Shown: positions 39,157 to 48,644, counted from the first letter of the stretch. The stretch: DNA of 64,000 nucleotides from an uncultured Pseudomonadota bacterium (GCA_963770835.1 CAVYRH010000008.1:128001-192000), one strand, 5' to 3'. Numbers and translations are program-made. The notes: generated by a model from the letters alone, not told the origin.

Positions 39157-40470
39157 TTATTGGTTTGAACCGCCGAGCGGCGTGAGCTGTATCTGTTTGG
39201 CGAGTCCATAGGCGGCCGGAAGGTCGCTGTCGCCGGTTACGAGCACACGGCCGATGACGAGCACCGAATTGTTCGGCGATGATATCCGCGCCACCCCGCC
39301 CGGCACCGCGCCCTGCCAGCCCGGACCACTAATAAGATAATTTCCCGCCTGGGTGCCGGTGGCGCGCCGGCCGACGTAGGCAAAATTAGTGTTGTTCGAC
39401 GGATCAGTGAATTGCACGCTGTAGTAGCGGCCTGACATGTCCGGCACATGCAGGATTTGCGGCCCTTGACGGAGGTCCAACCAGCCGGCCGAAAGCAGCG
39501 TGTCGCGGTTTACCCCGGTCGTCGCCAATTTCGAGCTTGAGGCGGGCGGGTGGAGGGGGTCCGCGAAGAGGGCTTGGGGCTCCGTATAGATCGTATTGAT
39601 CGAAACGGGGCCGTCGCCGAACCCTTTCACAAGGATCGCTTTCTTGTATACGTTCAGAATGAGGCTTGGCCAAAAAGCGATGAGCGCGAAGGTAATGAGC
39701 CCCCATGCGATGACCGCCAATAAGGCGAATGGAACGAGATCGGTCCCCCCCCTAAAGAACCGCCTGTAGACGGCCCACGCGACGACTGCGGTTGTGACGA
39801 TCGCAATGAGATGTTGGGATATCACATCCGGTATCATCGCGCCTAAACCACCGGCGCCGCCGGGTCCTTGCGCCTTGACCACCGGCGGCACTTGGTACTT
39901 GCCCTCGAGGATGGCCGCGCCAGGCTGGTAAACGCGCAGCCAAAGCAAAAAAGGACCGGCCGGCGCGGGCAGCCAATTCGGCTCGTGGCCGGCCGGAGCC
40001 GTGTTTTGAATATAGATATCCACCGAGCCGTCGGCGTTCGGCACCAGGCCCGTTCTGTCGCTGACGCTGTAGCGGTTGAGGGGGTTCGGCACAAATTGAT
40101 TTTTCGCGTTACCCATCGTCAGCGACCAGAACGCGTTGTTGGGCGGCAGGCCGCCCGGCGGGAAGCGCAATAGGTAGCCGTTCCGGCCGTTGAGCGCGTG
40201 GCCCGCGCCATCGACTTTCGTCAGCCAATACATCGCCTCTTGCGGTACGTTGACGGGACCGGGAAAGATGAGGGAACAGGCGGCCCGCTTAAACAGGCCG
40301 TTGCCGGGCACCCCGCATCCCAATAAGGTGACCCAGCCGTTGACATTCGTGGCCATGAACCCCGCTAAGATTTGGAACGTGATCCAAGCCAACCAGGCGC
40401 CGACGAAAATTCCCTGCACGCCGTGATCGTGGACGGGCCTGTTAAGGATGTTGGTTAGGGTATTTGCCAT
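39157..40470 (-). CDS. DUF1214-TM-DUF1254 fusion protein
   Basis: LPPNNAFWSLTM...NADGSVDIYI...NWLPAP (DUF1214); NRDTLLSAGWLDL..GPQILHVPDMSGRYYSVQF (DUF1254). Confidence 0.8.
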   Translation of the reverse strand: MANTLTNILNRPVHDHGVQGIFVGAWLAWITFQILAGFMATNVNGWVTLLGCGVPGNGLFKRAACSLIFPGPVNVPQEAMYWLTKVDGAGHALNGRNGYLLRFPPGGLPPNNAFWSLTMGNAKNQFVPNPLNRYSVSDRTGLVPNADGSVDIYIQNTAPAGHEPNWLPAPAGPFLLWLRVYQPGAAILEGKYQVPPVVKAQGPGGAGGLGAMIPDVISQHLIAIVTTAVVAWAVYRRFFRGGTDLVPFALLAVIAWGLITFALIAFWPSLILNVYKKAILVKGFGDGPVSINTIYTEPQALFADPLHPPASSSKLATTGVNRDTLLSAGWLDLRQGPQILHVPDMSGRYYSVQFTDPSNNTNFAYVGRRATGTQAGNYLISGPGWQGAVPGGVARISSPNNSVLVIGRVLVTGDSDLPAAYGLAKQIQLTPLGGSNQ

Positions 40471-40553
40471 TCGCTTATTATGCGCCTTGCCCGGAATGGT
40501 GAAAAGCGCCGGGCAAAAGAAACATCCGCTGAATGCGGTTTAAATAGGCGCTT

Positions 40554-41105
40554 CTATTTTGCCGGCTCATAGTAAAAAATGACCGCGCCGCTGCCGAATG
40601 TTTTTGTTTTTGAGAGTTTAAGATTGATTCGTTCCCCGACGTTTTTAAAGAGTGGCGAGCCGCTACCTAAAATAACGGGGTGAACGACAAGCTGGAATTC
40701 ATCGACTAAGCCAAGCTTCGCCAAGGCTACGATTAAACTGCGGCTGCCCGCTAAAATGTTTTTACCCGCTTGCTGTTTGAGGTTTAAAACTTCTTCCTTA
40801 ATGAGTTCCTTTTTCAATATTGAATTTTTCCAGCCGACCTTTTGCAGCGTACGGGAAAAAACGATCTTTGAAATTTTATCGATGAGTACCGCGAATTCAT
40901 CGTCCAGTTTGTCGCCGGACGGTTTTTTTACCATCGCCGGCCAATAATCCTCCATCAGTTGATAGGTTATCCTTCCGTACAGGAGGGTGTCCGCGTCGCG
41001 CAACAGGTCATTGAAAAAGCGCATCCCTTCGTCGCTCGGGACCATCGCCGTGTGGTCGCAAAACCCGTCGAGCGTCATATTGATGCATGCGATTAGTTTT
41101 CTCAT
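40554..41105 (-). CDS. Dihydrofolate reductase-like (RibD C-terminal domain) protein
   Basis: MTLDGF, LLYGRITY, KIVFSRTL, LVDEFQLVVHPVILGSG. Confidence 0.9.
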   Translation of the reverse strand: MRKLIACINMTLDGFCDHTAMVPSDEGMRFFNDLLRDADTLLYGRITYQLMEDYWPAMVKKPSGDKLDDEFAVLIDKISKIVFSRTLQKVGWKNSILKKELIKEEVLNLKQQAGKNILAGSRSLIVALAKLGLVDEFQLVVHPVILGSGSPLFKNVGERINLKLSKTKTFGSGAVIFYYEPAK

Positions 41106-41155
41106 ATCATGATTTCTTAATTAAAAATTTAAAATTCATAATTGAAAATTGCCTT

Positions 41156-41752
41156 TTAAGCTCCCATCGTACCTGTCTTAACTTTTCCAACCCGCTTGTA
41201 ATTGGCAAAGATCACTCCGGTGGGCGTCACCATACTCTCTATCAATGTAAAGGCCGCCGGAACCGCGTCACTTCCAAACAACTTTTTTCCTTTACCCAGG
41301 ATTAAGGCGCAAATTCTGAGCCAGAGTTCGTCCACCAGGTCATTCTTCAGCAGGAGCTGGACGAGCATGCCGCTGCCGTGGACTTGAAGGTCCGGGCCTT
41401 TTGATTTTTTGACCTTTTTGATGTCCGCCAGGCTTTTGAGGAAAACGGAGTTTTTCCAACCGGACTTTTTCAGGGTCTTGGACAGGACGTACTTGGTGCC
41501 GTTATTGATGCCGGGCCAATAGTCCGCGTGCTGGGGCCAGTAGGGCTCCCAGCTCTCAAACGTTTTTCGGCCCAAAAGATAATCCGCGGGTTGGGCAAGT
41601 TGTTCCCTGACCTTAGCCCTCCCCATTTCGGTCATATAAGGCACGAACCACCCTCCATATTTGAAACCGCCCGATGGATCTTCCTTGGGGCCGCCGCCCG
41701 CTTGCATGACGCCATCTAATGAAATCATGGATAAGACGATTATTTTTCTCAT
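41156..41752 (-). CDS. Dihydrofolate reductase-like (RibD C-terminal domain) protein
   Basis: ISLDGVMQA..GPKED, LLGRKTF, VHGSG.LVQ.LL...LVDEL. Confidence 0.9.
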   Translation of the reverse strand: MRKIIVLSMISLDGVMQAGGGPKEDPSGGFKYGGWFVPYMTEMGRAKVREQLAQPADYLLGRKTFESWEPYWPQHADYWPGINNGTKYVLSKTLKKSGWKNSVFLKSLADIKKVKKSKGPDLQVHGSGMLVQLLLKNDLVDELWLRICALILGKGKKLFGSDAVPAAFTLIESMVTPTGVIFANYKRVGKVKTGTMGA

Positions 41753-41830
41753 GGAATGACAGCCTCCAAAGTTTTACAGGGTGCCGGCGAAGCCGCACTG
41801 CTTTTGCGCAAAAGTTCCATAAGCACCCTG

Positions 41831-43891
41831 TTACGGGGTCGTGCAACTCGTTCCAACACTCACGCCCTGGGAAAGCGCCACGTTGGAGTTGGACACGTAA
41901 ACCGTGTAGAAGCTCGAGGGGGTGCAGGTCCCCCCGTCGCCGGTGCCGTCGTAATAGTTTTGGTATTCCCCGGCCGGGACCGAAATATTGTTCCCGCCGC
42001 TGTAGCTGGCCCCTCCCGCGCTGTCGTAAAAGGCCCCGATATAGTAGTCGCCGGGCCAAAGGCCGCCGAGACTGTAGGTGCCGTAGTAACTGGTGCCGTT
42101 GTTGGGCAGGCTGGTGATCTGGGTGACGGCCCCGGACCAGACAGAGGAAAAGGGATCGGAGGGGTTCGTAAAGGCGAAGACGTAAAGGGGCGTGCCGGCG
42201 GCCGGTGCGCCGTCGCCCATGAGCAGGGACACGGGCCCCGAGACGCCGTACTGCGCGTAGTAACAGCTGTCGCCAAAGGCCAGGGCGGGCCCGGTGGTGT
42301 TGCCGTTCACGTAAACCGGCGCCAGGCTGGACCTGAGGTCGCAGCCGCTGTTGGCGGCCCCGTAGGCGGTGTAATAGTCCCCGTTGGGAGGCTGCGTATT
42401 AGGCTCACCTGGGTACCAGCCTCCACCGCCCGCGTTGTAAATGGCGGCCAGGTAATAGGTTCCCGTGGTGACGGGAAAACTATAGGATCCGCTGGAGCTG
42501 GTGAGGGTCACCGAAGCCAGGGGGGCCGAATTATTGCCGGGCCCGATGTTGGGCGTGTTGAACAAAAGGACGTAAAGGGGATAGGTGGAATTGACCGTTC
42601 CCCCGCCCGTGTAGTTGACGGTGCCCGAAAGGGTGAGGGCCTGGCTGAACTTGCAGGAGTCTGCGAAGGTGAGGGCCGGCCCGGCGGTGGTGCCGTTCAC
42701 GAGGACGGCGGTGGGATCCAAATCGCAGCCGCCGTTGCCGCCCCCGTAGGCAAAATAGGAATCCCCATTGGGAGGAGCGCTCCCGCCCGGCCCGCCCCAG
42801 CCGCCGACCGAGTCGTAAATGGCGACCAGGTAATAGGGCCCGGTGGTCACCGGGCCGCTGGACAGGGTATTGAAGGAGTAAGTACCGGTGGCGGTCGTGA
42901 ACGAAGTATAGGTGAGGGGCATGCCGCCCTCGACTTGGGACGTGTTAAACAGCATCACCCAAACCTTGTTGTTGGTCCCCACCGTTCCGCTTCCGTTATA
43001 AGTCACCGCCCCCGAAAGGCTGCCGTTGGCGTAATAGGCGCAGCTGTTGCCGAAGGTCAGGGAGGGCCCGGTAGTGGCCCCGCTGACGAAAACGGGCGTG
43101 GTGGAAACCAGGCTGCAGCCGCCGGTGCCCCCGCCGTAGACGTCGTAATAGCCGTTGATGGGCACGTAATGGGTGGCGACGCCCGTGTTATAAACCGCCA
43201 CCAAATAATAGTTGCCGGTAGTGAGGCCGGTAAAATTGTAGGTGCCGAGGGTGGCGGACATGGAAACGGAAGTCACGGGGCTTCCCTCCAGGATGTCGGG
43301 GTTGGTGAAGAGGATCACGCTCAGGGGGCCGGCCACGGTGCCCCCGTTATAGGTGACGGTGCCCGACAGGCTGTTGGTGGCGGAGAAGCCGCAGCCGTTG
43401 CCGAAGGCCAGGGTAGGCCCGATGGTATTGCCGGAAACCGTCACCCCCAGGGAGGCATTGAGGGTGCAGCCGTTGGAGCCGCCCCCATAGATATAGTAGT
43501 AATCGCCCGTGGGCGGCGCGTTGCCGCTGAAGGGGCTCCAGGTGCCGGTGGCGTCGTAAACGGCGCCCATGTAATAAGTGCCGGGGGCGACCGACGTGAA
43601 GTTATAGGTTCCGTCGGCGGACAACAAGGTGACCGCCGAATAGGAGCTGCCCTGGAAGAGGGCGTTGTTGGACAGGAACACGTAGATGGGCTTCAGGTTG
43701 TCCACGGGGCCCCCGCCGGTGTAACTCACGGCGCCGGAGACGGTATAAGTGGCGCCGTAATAGGGGACGGGCGTGGCCGTGGGCGAGATGTTTTGCGGGG
43801 TAGTGGGGCTCTTGGAGCCGCAGGCGGTGATCCCGGCGGACCCAAGGGCGATGAGGACTGGAAACAGCAAAAGGTAATAACGGAATTTCAT
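41831..43891 (-). CDS. Lipoprotein with five tandem ~125-aa Ig-like repeats
   Basis: ITAC lipobox; repeats SGxVxYxG...GTYxF...GxYYLxAxY...GGC...GPxLxFGxxC. Confidence 0.82.
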   Translation of the reverse strand: MKFRYYLLLFPVLIALGSAGITACGSKSPTTPQNISPTATPVPYYGATYTVSGAVSYTGGGPVDNLKPIYVFLSNNALFQGSSYSAVTLLSADGTYNFTSVAPGTYYMGAVYDATGTWSPFSGNAPPTGDYYYIYGGGSNGCTLNASLGVTVSGNTIGPTLAFGNGCGFSATNSLSGTVTYNGGTVAGPLSVILFTNPDILEGSPVTSVSMSATLGTYNFTGLTTGNYYLVAVYNTGVATHYVPINGYYDVYGGGTGGCSLVSTTPVFVSGATTGPSLTFGNSCAYYANGSLSGAVTYNGSGTVGTNNKVWVMLFNTSQVEGGMPLTYTSFTTATGTYSFNTLSSGPVTTGPYYLVAIYDSVGGWGGPGGSAPPNGDSYFAYGGGNGGCDLDPTAVLVNGTTAGPALTFADSCKFSQALTLSGTVNYTGGGTVNSTYPLYVLLFNTPNIGPGNNSAPLASVTLTSSSGSYSFPVTTGTYYLAAIYNAGGGGWYPGEPNTQPPNGDYYTAYGAANSGCDLRSSLAPVYVNGNTTGPALAFGDSCYYAQYGVSGPVSLLMGDGAPAAGTPLYVFAFTNPSDPFSSVWSGAVTQITSLPNNGTSYYGTYSLGGLWPGDYYIGAFYDSAGGASYSGGNNISVPAGEYQNYYDGTGDGGTCTPSSFYTVYVSNSNVALSQGVSVGTSCTTP

Positions 43892-44143
43892 AAACGGCCT
43901 CCCCAGGGCGCCTTCTTAAGGGTTTCCCGGCGCCTCTCTTTGCCAGCGATATTACCCTTGGAGGGAATGGGGAGCAAAGAGGTTTTAGGAGAGGGCAAAC
44001 CCCTCGTTTACCCCAGGCGGAGAAGCCCAATCGTTTATGGGGGAAGCGGCTCAGCGGAAGGGTAAAACTTCCCGGCCTCGGAGGAGATTTAACAATTCCA
44101 TTACAAAAGCTTCCCTCAATCGATGGGCGAGATTCTTAGGAAT

Positions 44144-44299
44144 TTATTTTTTGCGGCGGTTGGCGGATCGGCGGTTTCCCTTGCGCGAATCGTCCTTGCG
44201 GATGCCGATCAACCGGCCCGGGAAACGCCGGTCGCCCGGCTTTCGGCGCTCGGATTTTCTTTTGCTGACGGCGGGGATCGTTTTTTTCATTTTAGGCAT
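44144..44299 (-). CDS. 51-aa Arg/Lys-rich small protein
   Basis: Manual translation MPKMKKTIPAVSKRKSERRKPGDRRFPGRLIGIRKDDSRKGNRRSANRRKK; below the ORF-track size cutoff. Confidence 0.5.
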   Translation of the reverse strand: MPKMKKTIPAVSKRKSERRKPGDRRFPGRLIGIRKDDSRKGNRRSANRRKK

Positions 44300-44324
44300 T
44301 TTTCGCTTTCACTATTCATTAAAT

Positions 44325-44510
44325 TTACTTTGATATGGATCCAGGTTTATCGGAAAGCTCCGGCCTGTACTTTTTCCGATTCCACCCAATCACGCATTCC
44401 ATCATGGTGGGGGCATCCCCGGTGCCGCCGGTGTAACAAGCCGACATTTCCAGGTATCGCCTCGAGGCTTCCTTTCCCCATTTTCCAGCCGTTGCTTTAG
44501 TCTTGGCCAT
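44325..44510 (-). CDS. Small hypothetical protein
   Basis: AAGGAGAAG RBS before ATG; co-oriented with neighbours. Confidence 0.5.
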   Translation of the reverse strand: MAKTKATAGKWGKEASRRYLEMSACYTGGTGDAPTMMECVIGWNRKKYRPELSDKPGSISK

Positions 44511-44573
44511 AAAACTTCTCCTTGGTTGGTTGATTCAATCGGCTTTGCAAGTGGGCGGGTCGGGAGGAATGGT

Positions 44574-45010
44574 TCATTTCACGTGAACGTAGAGGAGTTC
44601 GTCCTGATCCATGGTTTGGGAGTTGGCGAACGGGTCGATAAATTTTATTCCTTTAATTATGGCCATTCTTCCCTGGTCGGCGCCGGCGGGGTTTAAATCA
44701 ACCCCATCCGTAGTGGCGCTCTCAACAACGATCGCGTCGCAGCCGGCTTGGCGGGCCTGGGGTTTGCACAAATACACGGACGAAACCGCGGACCGCGCGG
44801 GATGTTGCGTGCTTCCGCCGTAGGAGAATAGGCAAACCTCAATGTAGGAATGCGGTATCGATTCCTCGCCGACGTAAACCTTCATGTCGTAATCGGGCGG
44901 TTGGGGGGGTAATCGTGGTGTCCAAGCCGGATAAGGCTCGGTGGAACGCAGCCCGCCAAACCTAAAACCAGGATGAAAGCAAAAATACCGGCCCATTTTT
45001 TTCTTTTCAC
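44574..45010 (-). pseudogene. Lipoprotein frameshifted in a 7-G/C homopolymer (44903-44909)
   Basis: GTG-KRKKWAGIFAFILVLGLAGC lipobox frame joins the PPQPPDYDMKVY...ARQAGCDAIV frame if one C is added. Confidence 0.6.
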
Positions 45011-45224
45011 GGCTTCCCCCATCCCCCGCTTCAAGATCCCCCACTCACCTTCATTTAAAGCAAGTTTTATTCCCCTCCGGCCGCAAGGGAGGATCGTTCC
45101 AGCCCGTCCATATCGTTTAAACAGGCCGGTTATTTTCCCGCTTTTATTTTTTGCGGACCGCCCAAAGGAGCCGCCGATCAAAACGATACCGCAAAACTCT
45201 CATTTTGATGCTTTCCACGGGCGG

Positions 45225-45482
45225 CTAAACGGGGCTTCCCACCGCCAATTCCAGCAGGGCCACCACCGCCTTATCCGCGTCCTCGCCTTCGGCGGTAATT
45301 TCCAGCCGTTTGCCCTTGGCGCGAAGCAGCCCGATCATCTCGACGAGACTTTTGGGGTCTACCTCGGTTTTTCCTTTTCGGATGCTGATCCTGGATTTGA
45401 ATTGATGGGCCGCCAGGCTGATTTCCATCAAGGTATGCGCTTGAAAGGCAGAAGCTTGGGGACGGCTGTATTTGAGTACCAT
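45225..45482 (-). CDS. HPr-family protein lacking His15 (Crh-like)
   Basis: FKSRISI...VDPKSL...ITAEGEDA..AV.AL HPr fold; AFQAH in place of GLHAR. Confidence 0.8.
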   Translation of the reverse strand: MVLKYSRPQASAFQAHTLMEISLAAHQFKSRISIRKGKTEVDPKSLVEMIGLLRAKGKRLEITAEGEDADKAVVALLELAVGSPV

Positions 45483-45570
45483 TGGAATGACCTCCATGAG
45501 AAACGGTTGAAGGGGTGAACGATCGATTCGGGAAAGATGATTGGAACAAGGGGGAAAGAGGTGAAAAAGC

Positions 45571-45936
45571 TCAAATTCTCAAGAAAAAGGGATAGGGGGA
45601 ATGATTCGATTTCGAGAGGAGGGGCGGCGAATCCATTTCCATTCCAGCCGCTACCCGCGACGGATCCTTGGCTGGGCTTGCTTTTGAATGGGAATCCAAG
45701 GGTTTCTGGGATTTCGAATCGCTTTCGCGGGTCTGGGATTCCAGCTGGCGGGCCAAGCCGCAGGAATGGTGCGGGGCCGGGCAGGGTTGGAGGGTGGCCT
45801 TCACGGGAAAAGCCGGGTGTTCCTTGATGCCCAGGCTGAGCAAGGGGCGAAGGACAAAGGGGGTCAACACGGCCGCTACCAGGCCGATCAATGAAGCTTT
45901 CCTCAACCACCCCACGAGTCCCAGCACAGGAACCAC
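45571..45936 (-). CDS. Small hypothetical membrane-anchored protein ending in ...LRI
   Basis: N-terminal hydrophobic segment; start uncertain. Confidence 0.35.
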   Translation of the reverse strand: MVPVLGLVGWLRKASLIGLVAAVLTPFVLRPLLSLGIKEHPAFPVKATLQPCPAPHHSCGLARQLESQTRESDSKSQKPLDSHSKASPAKDPSRVAAGMEMDSPPLLSKSNHSPYPFFLRI

Positions 45937-46078
45937 CCGTCTTAAAAAAGGAGGGCGGAAAAAAGGCCGCCGGGCCCCATGGGCCGGTGGATGCCTTTCA
46001 TTCCCTCTCCATGGTTCAGACGCGCGCCGGGCTGAAAGGTTTCGGCCTTAACACGGTGATGGGATGGGGACGGGGAAA

Positions 46079-46423
46079 TTATTTGGCCAGGAGGGTTGCT
46101 TTTTCTTCCCCGGGTTGTTGGACGGCCTGTAGGATCTCGCGATTGAGGTTCATGGCGGCTTCGCCCATGACCCTTTCCAAAACTTCGTAGCCCACGATGC
46201 CGACCTTGGATTTTTGCAGGTTCTTGACGAAATTCTCGGCGTGCCTCAGGTTCTCGGCGCTCCAGGGCCCGCAGTAATGCGAGGCTTTCCGGCTCCAGTC
46301 CTCGAAAAACTTCGCCCATTCCATCACTTCATCGTTGGTCGCGCCCCTGCTCATGTCGAAATGAATGCGCAGGGTATGAAGCGACTGGTCCAGGCCCAGG
46401 TAAAAAGAGTTCGAGGTATTCAT
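46079..46423 (-). CDS. Hypothetical 114-aa protein, paralog A
   Basis: Highly similar to 46705-47049; AGGAG RBS. Confidence 0.85.
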   Translation of the reverse strand: MNTSNSFYLGLDQSLHTLRIHFDMSRGATNDEVMEWAKFFEDWSRKASHYCGPWSAENLRHAENFVKNLQKSKVGIVGYEVLERVMGEAAMNLNREILQAVQQPGEEKATLLAK

Positions 46424-46508
46424 AGTTTCACGGCTCCTAAAATTTTAAATTCCAATTAGGCCCTGGGGGTTCGGGGGAAAAAGGCCCGGAAGACTATTCT
46501 TTTAAAAA

Positions 46509-46607
46509 GCATATCGAGTGCCAAAGGAAAACCTGGAAAAGCGGCTTTTGGGGAGGGCACGACGGCGGGAAACTGGGAAAATATTACGCACTTCCCATTT
46601 TTGGGTA
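46509..46607 (-). promoter_or_regulatory. Sigma-54 promoter (TGGCAC-N5-ATGC, 46509-46523) with degenerate tandem upstream palindrome (46574-46607)
   Basis: Match to the -24/-12 consensus; motif shared with three other promoters. Confidence 0.65.
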
Positions 46608-46704
46608 AAGTTTTCTAACCGCGAAACCGAAACACGATGGCCCATAGGGTTAGGGACTGGGTTTGGAGGCTTTTGGGAGGGCCGCCATTGCCAGGCCCCA
46701 TCTT

Positions 46705-47049
46705 TCAAGCTTTAACGGATTGTTTGATCCCGCCGTCGTCGCGGACGGCCTTCAGGATCTCGCTATTGAGGTTCATGGCGGCCTCCCCCATGACCCTTTC
46801 CAGGACCTCATAGCCCATGATGCCGACCTTGGATTTTTCCAGGTTCTTCACGAAGTTCTCGGCGTGCCTCAGGTTCTCGATGCTCCAGGGCCCGCAATAA
46901 TGCAAGGCCTTCCTGCTCCAATCCTGGTAAAACTTCGCCCATTCCACCACTTCATAATTGCTCGCCCCCCGGCTCATATCGAAATGGACGCGCAACCGGT
47001 GAAGCGCCTCCTCCAGGTCCAGGTAAAAAGCGTTTGAATGATTCGCCAT
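46705..47049 (-). CDS. Hypothetical 114-aa protein, paralog B (last gene of che operon)
   Basis: 10 bp downstream of cheB stop with AGGAG RBS. Confidence 0.85.
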   Translation of the reverse strand: MANHSNAFYLDLEEALHRLRVHFDMSRGASNYEVVEWAKFYQDWSRKALHYCGPWSIENLRHAENFVKNLEKSKVGIMGYEVLERVMGEAAMNLNSEILKAVRDDGGIKQSVKA

Positions 47050-47059
47050 CGGAGTTCTC

Positions 47060-48136
47060 CTATCTTTTCTCTTTCACTGCCATAGCCGGCGTCATCAAGG
47101 CGTTTATTTTGGATTGGATGGCTTCAGCCATCCGGTTCAAGGGGACAATTTCCTGGGCCGCCCCTTGGGCCACCGCTTCTTTCGGCATGCCGTAAACCAA
47201 GCAGGATTCCTCATCCTGGGCCAGGGTGGCGGCGCCCGCCCGGCGCATGGCTAGCAAGCCCTCGGCCCCGTCCTTTCCCATCCCGGTGAGGATCACCCCC
47301 ACGGCATTAGGACCGGCGGCTTGCGCCACGGAATGGAAAAGCACGTCCACGCTGGGCCGTACGTGGTGCACGGGGGGCCCCTGCCGGCATTCCACCCGGT
47401 ACTTGGCCCCCGTTCTCCTTAACAGGAGATGTTGGTTCCCCGGGGCCAGGAGCACGGTGCCGTCCTTGACCTCGTCCCCGCTTTGGGCTTCCCGCACCCT
47501 CAAGGCGCAGGTTTTGTCCAGGCGCTCGGCGAAGGTCCTGGTGAAATAGGGGGGCATGTGCTGGACCACCAGGATTCCCGGATGGTCCGCGGGGAGGGCC
47601 TCCAGCAGTTCCGCCAGGGCCTGGGTGCCGCCCGTGGAGGCGCCGACAGCCACCACCTTGTCGCTGGTGATTTCAATTGCGCGTCGTTTTTTCGCGGAAG
47701 CCGCCTGGGGGCCTTTCCCAAATCTCCGGCGGGGGCGCGCCTTTGCCCCGGCCTTGAGGCTTTCCACCAGCTGGCGCAGGGTGTTTTCCTCCAGTCCCGC
47801 CGCCATGCCGCTTCCCGGCTTGCCGATCACGTCCACCGCGCCGGCATCCAGCGCCCTCAAGGCCAATTCACTCCGGGCCTCGGTGAGGCTGGAAAGTACC
47901 ACCACCGGCATGGGGTAATGGGCCATCAGGCGGTCCAAAAAGGTAAGCCCGTCCATGCGGGGCATCTCCAGGTCCAGGGTCAGCACGTCCGGCTTTTTCA
48001 GGAGGATCAAGTCCCGCGCCACGTAGGGATCGGCGGCCACTCCCACCACTTCCAAGCCGGCTTCCGTCAGCCGCTGGGAGAGGACGGAACGCACCACGGC
48101 CGAATCGTCCACGATGAGGACCCGGACGCGGTTCAA
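47060..48136 (-). CDS. cheB: Chemotaxis response regulator protein-glutamate methylesterase
   Basis: REC domain + GASTGG, VQHMP, RPSVDVLF, LTGMGKDG. Confidence 0.96.
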   Translation of the reverse strand: MNRVRVLIVDDSAVVRSVLSQRLTEAGLEVVGVAADPYVARDLILLKKPDVLTLDLEMPRMDGLTFLDRLMAHYPMPVVVLSSLTEARSELALRALDAGAVDVIGKPGSGMAAGLEENTLRQLVESLKAGAKARPRRRFGKGPQAASAKKRRAIEITSDKVVAVGASTGGTQALAELLEALPADHPGILVVQHMPPYFTRTFAERLDKTCALRVREAQSGDEVKDGTVLLAPGNQHLLLRRTGAKYRVECRQGPPVHHVRPSVDVLFHSVAQAAGPNAVGVILTGMGKDGAEGLLAMRRAGAATLAQDEESCLVYGMPKEAVAQGAAQEIVPLNRMAEAIQSKINALMTPAMAVKEKR

Positions 48137-48516
48137 TTGGCCGCGCCTAACGCTCTTTCGATTACCTGCCGCAGGAGGGAGGCCTCAAAGGGCTTTTGCA
48201 CGATCTCCTTCACGCCCTTTTGGGCCAAGTGCTCCAAAACCGCCTTGTCCCCCTCCGAGCTCACGACCACCACAGGCAGGGCGGAAAGCATCGGGTCGTT
48301 TTTCATTTCCTCGATCATTTCCTGGCCCGTCATGTCGGGCATGTTCAGGTCCGCCAGCACCAGGTCCACCCAGTTGCCGCGCATCTTCTCCAGCCCCTCC
48401 CTTCCGTTGGCCGCCTCCCAGATTTCCCCCAGGGGCAGCTGGGTCATGCCCAGGACCTTCTTCACCATGCCGCGCATGGTGCTGGAATCATCCACCACCA
48501 AAATATTGAACGCCAT
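48133..48516 (-). CDS. cheY: CheY-like response regulator
   Basis: ILVVDDS, LADLNMP, VSS, QKPF. Confidence 0.85.
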   Translation of the reverse strand: MAFNILVVDDSSTMRGMVKKVLGMTQLPLGEIWEAANGREGLEKMRGNWVDLVLADLNMPDMTGQEMIEEMKNDPMLSALPVVVVSSEGDKAVLEHLAQKGVKEIVQKPFEASLLRQVIERALGAAN

Positions 48517-48644
48517 TCTTCCCTCCTAAAAATGAGTTTGAAGTGCGAAGTTCATGGTTCGAAGTTTCAGTAGGTTTTTGTTTGGCGATTCCAAACAAAA
48601 ACTTCATTCACTTTGAACTGTAGACTGCGAACTTCGAACTGCCA

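Noticed and set aside
40716..40731. CTTCGCCAAGGCTACG REP-like motif
   Set aside because: Lies in the DHFR-like CDS, encoding the expected VALAK helix with no length anomaly
41756..44065. Long antisense ORFs (also 12500-13957, 18310-19722, 30947-32515, 49440-51290, 51592-52701, 54367-55386)
   Set aside because: Shadows of GC-rich genes with clear motifs on the opposite strand; no recognisable domains
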